DNA of 63,909 nucleotides, counting the filler, from Octopus bimaculoides (Eukaryota): assembly GCF_001194135.2 (NCBI RefSeq). It is 5 parts of 5 records of this genome, joined end to end, with 100 filler letters (N's around TTAATTAATTAA, not from the genome) between each part and the next. Parts side by side here need not be neighbours in the genome. Positions count along the whole stretch, not along the records: positions 54,751 to 61,574 come from NC_068991.1; positions 61,675 to 63,909 come from NC_069001.1; 3 more parts are not named here. The stretch is one strand, 5' to 3'. The notes under the pieces are model-generated. The model saw nothing but the letters and a program-made list of their open reading frames with translations. It ran no database searches and had not been told where the DNA came from. Below are positions 54,751 through 63,909 of this stretch, piece after piece; position 1 is the first letter of the stretch; each line of letters starts with the position of its first letter. The position numbers and the translations under genes are program-made.

Positions 54751-54970
54751 ATACACCATTTCGAGCGTGGCCGTTGCCAGTACCTCCTGACTGGCCCTCG
54801 TGCCGGTGGCACGTAAAAGCATCCACTACACTCTCTGAGTGGTTGGCATTAGGAAGGGCATCCAGCTGTAGAAACTCTGCCAAATCAGATTGGAGCCTGG
54901 TGTAGCCATCTGGTTCGCCAGTCCACAGTCAAATCGTCCAACCCATGCTAGCATGGAAAGGGGACGTTAA

Positions 54971-55020
<50 letters not shown>
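54751..55020 (+). mobile_element. RTE-type 3' tail element ending (GAT)n; related copies at 58704-58860 and 59188-59375 (minus)
   Basis: GGTTGGCATTAGGAAGGGCATCCAGCTGTAGAAAC..CCAACCCATGCTAGCATGGAAA..(GAT)n. Confidence 0.75.
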
Positions 55021-55139
55021 AACCTCAAAACTTGAAAAAACAAAGATACTGAGGACAATAGCCTAAGACATCTTACTACTCATGTATACATTTCATTGCT
55101 TTAAGTTATGAAACTGAATATATGTTGTAAACACATTTT

Positions 55140-55995
55140 CTTTCAATAGTTTCAGTCACTGGATTGCAGCCATGCTGGGGCACTGCCTTGAAGGAATTAG
55201 TCAAACAAATTGACCCCAGAACTTATTTTTAAGTCTGGTGTTTATTTTATAAGTCTCTTTTACCAAATCGCTAAGTTACTGAGGCATAAACAAAACAAAC
55301 ACCAGTTGTCAATCAGTGGCGGTGGTCAAACACAAAAATTCACACACACATACACAATAGGCTTTTGTACAGTTTGCAGCTACCAAAATTGCTGACAAGG
55401 TATTAGTTGGCCTTAAGCTAGAGTAGAAAACTCAACTTGCCCAAGGTGCCACAGAGTGAGACTGAACCCGAAACCAAATGGCTGTAAAGTGAGCTCCTTA
55501 ACCACGCAGCCATGACTGTCTCTATAAGCCATGCTTTGATAATTAATTATTTTACTTGTTTGAGTCACTTGACTGCAGCCATGCTGGAGCACTGCCTTGA
55601 AGGGTTTTAGTTGAACAAATCAACCCCAGGACTTATTTTTTTAAAGCCTAATATTTATTCTATCAGTCTTTTCTGCTGAACTACTAATGTTATGGGGACA
55701 TAAACACACCAACACCAGTTGTCAAACGGTGATGGTGGGGGACAAACAGAGAAAGAAAGACACACAAGTATAGACACACACACACACACACACACAAATA
55801 TAGACACACACACACACACAAATATAGACACACACACACAAGGGGATTCCTTCAGTTTCAATTTACCATATCCACTCAGTGGCTTCAGTCAGCTCAAGGT
55901 TATAGTGGAAGACACTTGCCCAAGGTGCCACACAGTGAGAGTGAACCCAGAAACATGTGGTTGGGAAGCAAGCTTTTTACCACACAGTCATGCAT
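55140..55995 (-). mobile_element. Two tandem SINE-A copies (about 55140-55520, 55548-55995), CpG-decayed
   Basis: Same architecture as young copies but the CpGs read TG/CA. Confidence 0.88.
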
Positions 55996-56209
55996 TAATT
56001 CTTTTAGCATATTTGTGGCATGTGTGGCTCTACATTCTATTTTTTTTTTAAACTAATAATTTAATTTAAAAGACTACAGTTTTAAAAAAGGCCAGATCCA
56101 TTACAGCTTTATTTTTTGTTTTCTTCTTTTTATAATTTATACTTTTTAAAATCTCTAACAAGGAATGTTACATTGGTTTCTTAAAAAATCATATGTGACC
56201 ATGGCTGCC

Positions 56210-56257
56210 CTAAGTGAGATTGCATTGTGTAAGAGAATAAAATGCATTAGTGATCAT
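56210..56257 (-). CDS. Speculative terminal coding exon (MITNAFYSLTQCNLT*)
   Basis: Strong acceptor T-run+CTAG at 56258-56275; AATAAA on minus near 56110; not linked to the upstream exons. Confidence 0.15.
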   Translation of the reverse strand: MITNAFYSLTQCNLT

Positions 56258-56460
56258 CTAGAAAAAAAAAAAAAATGAGGGTTAGAAATAAAATTAATGT
56301 TATCACTTTTTTTTAAAACTAACCACAAAAACTCTAAAACCAAAATTTAGAGGAAAGAAGGAAATGGGAAGTTTTGAGCAACAACTTGAGTGATAAGAAT
56401 TTCAACTGGAAATCAAAACCATGCTACAGAATCTTTTAAATAAAGGTACCAATAAATCTC

Positions 56461-56750
56461 AAATACCTGCAGAATTTTCCACAGCATGTCCCATGGCACA
56501 TGGACACATAACTTATTGAGGTTTACACTATTTCACAATCTTCCTACAATTTCTCAAAGACCTACTGTAGAGTGAATATCTTGATGGTTGTGCTGCATCT
56601 AGGAGCACAAAGAAAACGTGAGCTGCACAAGTCCTGAGCCAACTCGTTGTTTTCATTCACAGCAGAACACCAGTGCCTGACCTGCAGTAGAACCTTCTAA
56701 GCCCACACAACCAGATGCACTGTGACTCCTCTTCTTCTCCCATGTGAAGT
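56461..56750 (-). mobile_element. RTE-clade RT fragment
   Basis: Minus: CSTT..IFTLQ*VFEK...VPWDMLWKILQVF, matching the RTE motif GRSTTDQIFTL..FEK..KAYD.VP..LWK.L. Confidence 0.65.
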
Positions 56751-57372
56751 CTTTGATCATTGTTGACAACAACGGACAAACATTATTATGAATTGTTAGC
56801 ACGCTGGGCAAAATGCTTCACAGTATTTTGTCCATCCATACATTCTAACTTCCCATTCTGCCAAGGTTGACTTTGCCTTTCATCCTATAAATGGTGTCTT
56901 TTGTTTAAAGGCATCTTTTCAATGAAGGTTTCTATTGTGGTTTGCTTCACAAAATATTTTAAAGAAAAATTTTCTAAAAGCCTTTCTTAATCTAACTGCA
57001 AAGACTCTAAAGAAAAATTTAAAGAAGAGAAGTGGGAAGTTTTGAGCCACAACTCAAGTGATGAAAATTTCAATTGGAAATCAAAACCATGCTGCAGGAT
57101 CTGTTAATTAAAGGTATCTATACATCAAATCCAACTTTTGTTAAAAGGTATTTTTTCAATAAAGGTATTCTGTAATACACTTCATAAAATATTTTAAAGA
57201 GAAACTGATTTTTTATGATATGCTTGAGGAAAAGAATGTAGTTGATTGCATTGACCCCCAAACACCTCAAACCAACTTCACCACTACCACCACCTCCTAA
57301 GTAGATTCATGGTACATGTCTCCCCACTACCTATCCACCCCAGAAAGTTGTAAGTCAAAGAACACCAGGGCA

Positions 57373-57730
57373 GTTGTTGTTGTTGGCACTCCTTCGCTTA
57401 CGACGCCAAGGGCTCCAGTTGATCCAATCAACGGAACAGCCTACTCGTGAAATTAACGTGCAAGTGGCTGAGCACTCCACAGACACGTGTACCCTTAACG
57501 TAGTTCTCAGGGATATTCAGCGTGACACAGTGTGACAAGGCTGACCCTTTGAATTACAGGCACAACAGAAACAGGAGGTAAGAGTGAGAGAAAGTTGTGG
57601 TGAAAGAGTAGAGCAGGGTTCGCCACCATCCCCTGCCGGAGCCTCGTGGAGCTTTAGGTGTTTTCACTCAATAAACACTCACAACGCCCGGTCTGGGAAT
57701 TGAAACCGCGATCCTATGACCGCGATCCTA
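57373..57730 (-). mobile_element. C-group SINE, (CAA)n tail, head lost in gap
   Basis: Near identical to 61160-61553. Confidence 0.92.
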
Positions 57731-58270
57731 NNNNNNNNNNNNNNNNNNNNNNNNNNNNNNNNNNNNNNNNNNNNNNNNNNNNNNNNNNNNNNNNNNNNNN
57801 NNNNNNNNNNNNNNNNNNNNNNNNNNNNNNNNNNNNNNNNNNNNNNNNNNNNNNNNNNNNNNNNNNNNNNNNNNNNNNNNNNNNNNNNNNNNNNNNNNNN
57901 NNNNNNNNNNNNNNNNNNNNNNNNNNNNNNNNNNNNNNNNNNNNNNNNNNNNNNNNNNNNNNNNNNNNNNNNNNNNNNNNNNNNNNNNNNNNNNNNNNNN
58001 NNNNNNNNNNNNNNNNNNNNNNNNNNNNNNNNNNNNNNNNNNNNNNNNNNNNNNNNNNNNNNNNNNNNNNNNNNNNNNNNNNNNNNNNNNNNNNNNNNNN
58101 NNNNNNNNNNNNNNNNNNNNNNNNNNNNNNNNNNNNNNNNNNNNNNNNNNNNNNNNNNNNNNNNNNNNNNNNNNNNNNNNNNNNNNNNNNNNNNNNNNNN
58201 NNNNNNNNNNNNNNNNNNNNNNNNNNNNNNNNNNNNNNNNNNNNNNNNNNNNNNNNNNNNNNNNNNNNNA

Positions 58271-58299
58271 AATGGTTGCTTAGGCAACATATGTTATAA
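58271..58299 (-). CDS. Candidate exon E (runs into gap): (N)YNICCLSNH
   Basis: Acceptor CTTTTATCTACCTGTAG; phase-compatible with exon D. Confidence 0.3.
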
Positions 58300-58455
58300 C
58301 TACAGGTAGATAAAAGACAAGAGGGGAAAAGGGAAAATGTGTGGGTGGCGGTATGTGCCCCCCCTCCCCCACCCTGAGTGAAATACTGAAGACGTAAAGG
58401 TAAAAAGAGAGAAAGAAATTTATCATTTCTCTTATCATGAAAATGACTGTATTAC

Positions 58456-58474
58456 TTTGGAGTAGGGCTGTTAT
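58456..58474 (-). CDS. Candidate 19-nt micro-exon D: (Y)NSPTP
   Basis: Long polypyrimidine tract + TTTTAACAG acceptor, GTAATA donor. Confidence 0.33.
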
Positions 58475-58879
58475 CTGTTAAAAGCAGAAAAAAAAAAAAG
58501 AAAAATAAAGAATAAAAAGAATTTTAGAAAAGGCTACCCTTCCCACCCCACCACCTCTTTTATCAATAGAATTTACTGAAAATATCTTTTCTTAAGTTGT
58601 CAACTACCAATAACCTGAATGTGATTTTTTTTTCTCTTTCATTTTATATGTATGTATATATATGTATGTGTATACATTCATAGTGTGTATAAAAGTGTAT
58701 ATCATCATCATCATTGTTTTAACATTCGCTTTTCCATGCTTGCATGAATTGGAGAGAATTTATTGAGGCAGATTTTCTACAGCTGAATATCTTTCCTGCT
58801 ACCAACTCTCACCAGTTTCCGAGCAAGGTAATATTTCCCCAAGGCCAGATATATTTTTGCAATATATTGGAAATGAAAG

Positions 58880-59180
58880 ACATGTAGCCTTCTTCTCAAA
58901 AAAGGCAGCCCATGCTTGATCTAAATAAAAGACTAGCTTTGATACAAGTGTTTCTTTTAGTAATTTGATCTTTAAGTCAGATGGGACAAGCAGTTCCCAT
59001 GATCCTTTAGCAGGACTCCTGAGACTGGTAGGAAGGAAGGAAGGAAGTAGCAGATTATCCTCAAAGTTGAGACCCGGTCCAAATGCTTGGAAAAGAGAGG
59101 ACTCCTCTAAAGACACCTAGAGTATCAAGTGGTGGTGTGAAACTCGGCAACAGATCAAGCCTTTCCTTTAAGTACACCAT
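58880..59180 (-). mobile_element. RTE-like RT C-terminal remnant
   Basis: ORF 58799-59116 segment W..LVPSDLKIKLLKETLVSKL..AW resembles RTE W.S.L..LKI.LF..TV.S.LLYG.EAW. Confidence 0.4.
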
Positions 59181-59924
59181 GGTGGGATCATCATCATCAT
59201 CATCATCATCATCACTTCACATACACTTCCCATGTTGGCATGGGTTTGACTGGAACTGGTAATCCGGAGAGCTGCACCAGGTTCAAGTCTAATATGGCAT
59301 GGTTTCTACGGTTTGATGCTCTTCTTAACGCCAACCATTCTAGGAGTGTAATGGGTGCTTTTTACGTGCCACTGTTAAAGAGTCAAAACAAAAACCACAA
59401 GGCATGCGGTTCGACATTTTATCAGTTCCACAAATCCACTGCCTTTGATTGGTGGTACTTTTTTACTGACACCCATGAAAGGATGAGTGACAAGTTTGAC
59501 TTGAGTAGGAATTCAAGTTCAAGTGCAGAGAGTCAGAATGAATGTTGTTGTTCAGCCCTACATCTACCCAGACTGAGCAGACCTACACTCAAAGGCTTCC
59601 TAGCCATGACCATCAAGCACATTGTCAAAAGTATTTCCTTATTTAAGATGTCAGAACAGGATTCAAGAGACATTTGGTTGCTAATTCTAGCAGTTTGGTA
59701 ACTGCCTGGCAATTCAACAGCTGTTTTGACTGGCACAATACCACAAATTTTGAGGGGCAGGGGTTAGATGATTACATCGGTACCAGTTCTTGACAGGCGC
59801 TTAATTTTATTGACCCTGGAAGGATAAAATGTGAAGCTGGCTGCAGTGTGTTTTGAACTCAGAAAGTAAAGAGCCAGAGCAATTACTGCATGACATAGCT
59901 CTGATGTAGGTGCAGGCATGGCTG

Positions 59925-60390
59925 TGTGGTAAGAAGTTTGCTTCCCAACCACAAAGTTCCAGGTTCAGCCCCACAGCGTGGCACCTTGGGCAAGTGTCTT
60001 CTACTATAGCCTCGGGCTGACCAAAGCTTTGTGAGTGGATTTGGTAGACGGACACTGAAAGAAGTCCATCGTGTATGTGTGTGTGTGTATTTGTGTCTGT
60101 CTTTATCCCCTACTACTACTTAACAATCAGTATTGGTGTGTTTATGTCCCCATAACTTAGCAGTTCTGCAAAAATGACTGATAGAATAAATAACAGTTTT
60201 ATTGTTACTCATCTCTTCATGGGTGTCAGTAAAAGAGCACCACCAATCAAAGGCGGTGGATTTGCAGAACTGATAAAATGTCGAATCACATAAAAACAAG
60301 TACTGGAATCGATTCATTTGACCAAAGTTCTTCAAGGTGATGCCCCAGCATGGCCGTAATCTAATGACTGAAACAAGTAACAGATAAAAA
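59925..60390 (+). mobile_element. SINE-A, CpG-decayed, with about 100-bp insert (60190-60295)
   Basis: Head, body and tail recognisable around the insert. Confidence 0.85.
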
Positions 60391-60846
60391 TAAGAAAGTA
60401 AAACACGTACTAATGGTTCTGCAAATCCACTGCTCTAACCCTCAATAATAGTAGTGATTTATGAGTTAGGGACTGGGTCCCATCTTTTTTGAAGGTGATG
60501 CAGGGTTGATTAACTGGTACTTCTTTCATTGACAGCAAAAAGACAAAAATCAACAAGTCCCATGTAGAGCCAAACACATTTGTTCTTGTGAGTCACTACT
60601 GTGACAATGTTTTCCTTGCTCTGTTACGTTCACCTCCTTCTGATATATGTTGGTGTTTTTAACACTGCATGTTTATGAAGAAATTTTCTCCCAGACAAAA
60701 ACAACAGCATCATGCTTTCCAACAGTATATATATATACATTTAGCATGATACACAGATGACAATTTTAATTTATGTCATTTTAATTGTGTTCACCAAATA
60801 ATAATGAAGTTTTGGACATTAAGCAGAGAAGAGAAGCGAAACTCAC

Positions 60847-60866
60847 ACATTTCATTAAAATGTTCC
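60847..60866 (-). CDS. Candidate 20-nt micro-exon C: (R)EHFNEM
   Basis: Acceptor TTTCTATGGTAG, donor GTGAGT. Confidence 0.33.
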
Positions 60867-60946
60867 CTACCATAGAAACCAAACAGTTTTAATGAGACTT
60901 TAACTAGTTCTCAGTCAATAAGCAAGGCTACAGCCTTGCTTATTAC

Positions 60947-60966
60947 CTGCACACATAACTGAATAA
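60947..60966 (-). CDS. Candidate 20-nt micro-exon B: LFSYVC
   Basis: Acceptor TTATTAACAG, donor CAG/GTAATA. Confidence 0.33.
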
Positions 60967-61034
60967 CTGTTAATAACATACAGCGAAAGAATAATTTTAA
61001 AGGTGAGAACTTTGATATATTTCATGACCTTTAC

Positions 61035-61069
61035 TTGTTTTATATAACTGATGCCAAGATCCAAAAACT
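61035..61069 (-). CDS. Candidate 35-nt exon A: FLDLGISYIKQ
   Basis: Acceptor CTTTTCATACTTAG, donor GTAAAG. Confidence 0.33.
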
Positions 61070-61159
61070 CTAAGTATGAAAAGGTTACCTTTTCTTTCCC
61101 CCTTTTTTTAAAATACTTACCTTATTTTAATATCTATCTACCTATACTTGTAAGACATT

Positions 61160-61553
61160 GTTGTTGTTGTTGTTGTTGGCACTCCGTCGCTTACGACGTC
61201 GAGGGTTCCAGTTGATCCGATCAACGGAACAGCCTGCTCGTGAAATTAACGTGCAAGTGGCCGAACACTCCACAGACACGTGTACCCTTAACGTAGTTCT
61301 CGGGGATATTCAGCGTGACACAGTGTGACAAGGCTGACCCTTTGAATTACAGGCACAACAGAAACAGGAAGTAAGAGTGAGAGAAAGTTGTGGTGGAAGA
61401 GTAGAGCAGGGTTCACCACCATCCCCTGCCAGAGCCTCGTGGAGCTTTAGGTGTTTTCGCTCAATAAACACTCACAACGCCCAGTCTGGGAATTGAAACC
61501 GCGATCCTATGACCGCGAGTCCGCTGCCCTAACCACTGGGCCATTGCACCTCC
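61160..61553 (-). mobile_element. C-group SINE, full length, 11-bp TSD
   Basis: TSD TGTAAGACATT at 61149-61159 and 61554-61564; (CAA)n tail. Confidence 0.95.
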
Positions 61554-61800
61554 TGTAAGACATTAACCATAGCTNNNNNNNNNNNNNNNNNNNNNNNNNN
61601 NNNNNNNNNNNNNNNNNNTTAATTAATTAANNNNNNNNNNNNNNNNNNNNNNNNNNNNNNNNNNNNNNNNNNNNAAAAAAAAAAAAAATTTAAAAGGGGG
61701 GGTATACCCAGATTACATATACTCCATCTCCACCAAACATTTTAAAACATTTTGAAGTTTGATATTAATTGTTAGTGCATCCTCGCTGCCTGTTGATGTT

Positions 61801-62100
61801 AGTCGGCATTTCAGCCGTCTTTACGTTCTGAGTTCAAATTCCGCCGAGGTCGACTTTGCCTTTCATCCTTTCGAGGTCGATTAGATAAGGGCAAAGGCAA
61901 AGAATACGCACACCAGGTGTTTAGGGTTTACGGTTAGGGTTTAGGATTAGGGGTTATGGCTAGGGTTACGCCGAAAACGGGTGGTGTGCGTATTCTTTAA
62001 CCTCCGCCTGAATAAGTACCAGTTATACACTGGATTCGATATAATCGACTTAATCCCCTACCCCAAGCTGCCCTTGTGACAAAAATTTGAAATCATTATT
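61801..62100 (+). mobile_element. SINE-B interrupted by a MITE; a second SINE-B follows at 62113-62318 and a third at 62998-63181
   Basis: B box GAGTTCAAATTCC, body split at 61889/62009, (ATT)n tail. Confidence 0.88.
61890..62008. mobile_element. 119-bp MITE, about 25-bp TIRs, probable 8-bp TSD, telomere-like internal repeats
   Basis: Perfect IR AAAGAATACGCACACC at 61899-61914 and 61983-61998; flanks TAGATAAG and TGAATAAG; internal TTAGGG-like units. Confidence 0.8.
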
Positions 62101-62318
62101 ATTATTATTATTAAGGCGACGAGCAGGCAGAATCGTTAGTACGCCGGACGAAATGCTTAGCGATATTTCGTCTGCCGCTGCGTTCTGAGTTCAAATTGCG
62201 CAGACTTTGCCTTTCATCCTTTGGAGTTCGATAAAATAACTACCAGTTAAACACTGGGATCAATGTAATCGATTCATCCCCTCCTCCCCCCAAGCTGCCC
62301 TTGTGGCAAAAAATTATG

Positions 62319-62879
62319 GCGGAATTCTGGTTTAAGCACTCCCTATAACCCACATAATATTTTTTATTTTTTGAAATTTTCGGAAAATTTTTGAGAATTT
62401 GTTTTCTGCACAAAGGAATTCATACGATTATGAAAAANNNNNNNNNNNNNNNNNNNNNNNNNNNNNNNNNNNNNNNNNNNNNNNNNNNNNNNNNNNNNNN
62501 NNNNNNNNNNNNNNNNNNNNNNNNNNNNNNNNNNNNNNNNNNNNNNNNNNNNNNNNNNNNNNNNNNAGGGTTTAAACTATGGACAGTCCGAATTTTTTGT
62601 TTAAATCCCAGCAATGGACCACCCTTATGTGCATGTTTATGGGGAGATAATAATCAATACATGTTAGAGTGACAAAGAAGCAAGGAAAGTATCAGGTAGT
62701 CGTGGAATGTGCTAAAAACAGCTAAATCGCCCTTAAATCACACACACACACACAATTTTTTTTCTTTTCGCATAATCGTATGAATTCCCGTGTAGAACAC
62801 AAATTCGCAAGAATTTTCTGAAAATTTCAAAACATAAAAAAGCTATGGGCTATATGTAGTGCTTAAACCAGAATTCCAC
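62319..62879. mobile_element. MITE/foldback element with about 120-bp TIRs
   Basis: G(C/T)GGAATTCTGGTTTAAGCACT..GAATTCATACGATTATG at 62319-62436 and reverse complement at 62762-62879; no clear TSD. Confidence 0.8.
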
Positions 62880-63909
62880 TTTGTTTTGTTATGACTTTAT
62901 TGCCGTTTACCTTTTCTTTTGTGTGTGTCTGTGTGTCCCGTCCTTTGGTGTTGTCCTTCCTCAATGTCTTGAAGCCTTGTGATCAATAAAAGAAATCATT
63001 AGCGCGCCGGACAAAATATTCAGTGTCATTTCTTCCAACTCATTAAATTCTGAGTTCAAATTTCGACCAGGTTAACTTTGCCTTTCATCCTATCGGAATC
63101 GATAAAATAAGTACCAGATGAGCTCTAGGGGGTCGGTGCAATCGATTAACCCCATCTCCCAAAATTTCGGACCTCATGCCAAATACAGTAACTGACAGAA
63201 TCGTTAGCACGTCGGTATTCCTTCTGGCTCTTTGTTCTGGGAATCGATCTCACAACTTCGCGATTGTAAGCTCGACGCTCTAACCACTGAACCACGCACC
63301 TTCATCACTATGTTTTATACAACGGGAATTATAATTCACAAAATATCTTTCTTTTCCAAAAATTTTTATTTTTTTAATCTTCTGCCCCACCCTACCCCTA
63401 CTGCCCAATTCTGTGCCCTTTTCCGTCTCCATGAGGTAATTATAGCTATCCTAAAAGTCCTCCAAATATAGAACCACTCAGATACTGGTGGGAGGGGGTG
63501 ATGGTATAAACCAACTTTGCCCCTCAAATTTCATGCCTTGTACGTAAATCAGACACATACGTTGTTGTTGTTGTTGATGATGATGATGATGCTGCTGCTT
63601 GTTCTTGCTATTGTTGTTGAGTGACTGTTGTTGCTTATTCTATAGGTCAATCCAGAATAAGCAAACACATGATCTAACGGGTTCCAGACGTGACCATTCC
63701 ATCCAGGACTACATTGTTCAACAATTCAACTCTAATACACTTTTTTTATGATATGAAATGAAAAAAAATTGTTCATGTGATTTGATTTTTAGAACATTAA
63801 ATATTTGGCTGTTGTTTCTAGGAAATTCACCAGCCACGTAGAGGTCCCTTCGTTGGCTGGGAAAATCTTTGCTACTTGCTTTGGCTCTGGCTCTGGCTCC
63901 CCCCCCCCC

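Noticed and set aside
61121-61141. Additional upstream exon ending AAG/GTAAGT
   Set aside because: Would need a 51-bp intron and puts a stop in the frame used by the exon chain
16886-61630. Recurrent TTAATTAATTAA palindromes as a biological motif
   Set aside because: Always inside N runs; assembly spacer
490-63471. Most ORFs in the supplied track (YIYIYI, CVCVCV, THTHT, NQSI and poly-X proteins)
   Set aside because: Translations of microsatellites or N gaps; many start at GTG/TTG
1-63909. CRISPR arrays, rRNA genes, intact tRNA genes, intact TE ORFs
   Set aside because: No repeat-spacer arrays or rRNA similarity; tRNA-like segments are SINE heads or degenerate; all TE frames carry stops or frameshifts

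Overview
AT-rich, gap-riddled animal genomic scaffold. It is most likely a coleoid cephalopod (octopus-like), inferred from tRNA-derived SINE families that resemble the octopus SINEs and from the microsatellite load. It is not prokaryotic, so no operons or CRISPR. Almost every ORF in the supplied track is a microsatellite or N-gap artefact. The interpretable content is transposon debris: at least three SINE groups (about 35 copies), plus decayed Penelope-like, CR1-group, RTE and R4/Dong LINE pieces, a hATm-like transposase remnant and two MITEs. Best leads: (1) a CpG-decayed domain at about 55-61.6 kb containing a chain of five phase-compatible minus-strand micro-exon candidates (35, 20, 20, 19 and at least 29 nt), which may be an unannotated gene. 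(2) An R4/Dong element with a twin-priming-like 5' inversion, stacked with a second Dong in (AAT)n tracts supplied by a SINE. (3) A CR1-group LINE whose 3' end matches the dominant SINE, making it the likely partner. (4) A 119-bp hAT-like MITE carrying telomere-like TTAGGG repeats. (5) Modular SINE chimeras and a minimal hammerhead-like motif. All family names come from remembered motifs read by eye and need Dfam/Repbase/HMM confirmation. SINE-A, -B and -C are working labels.
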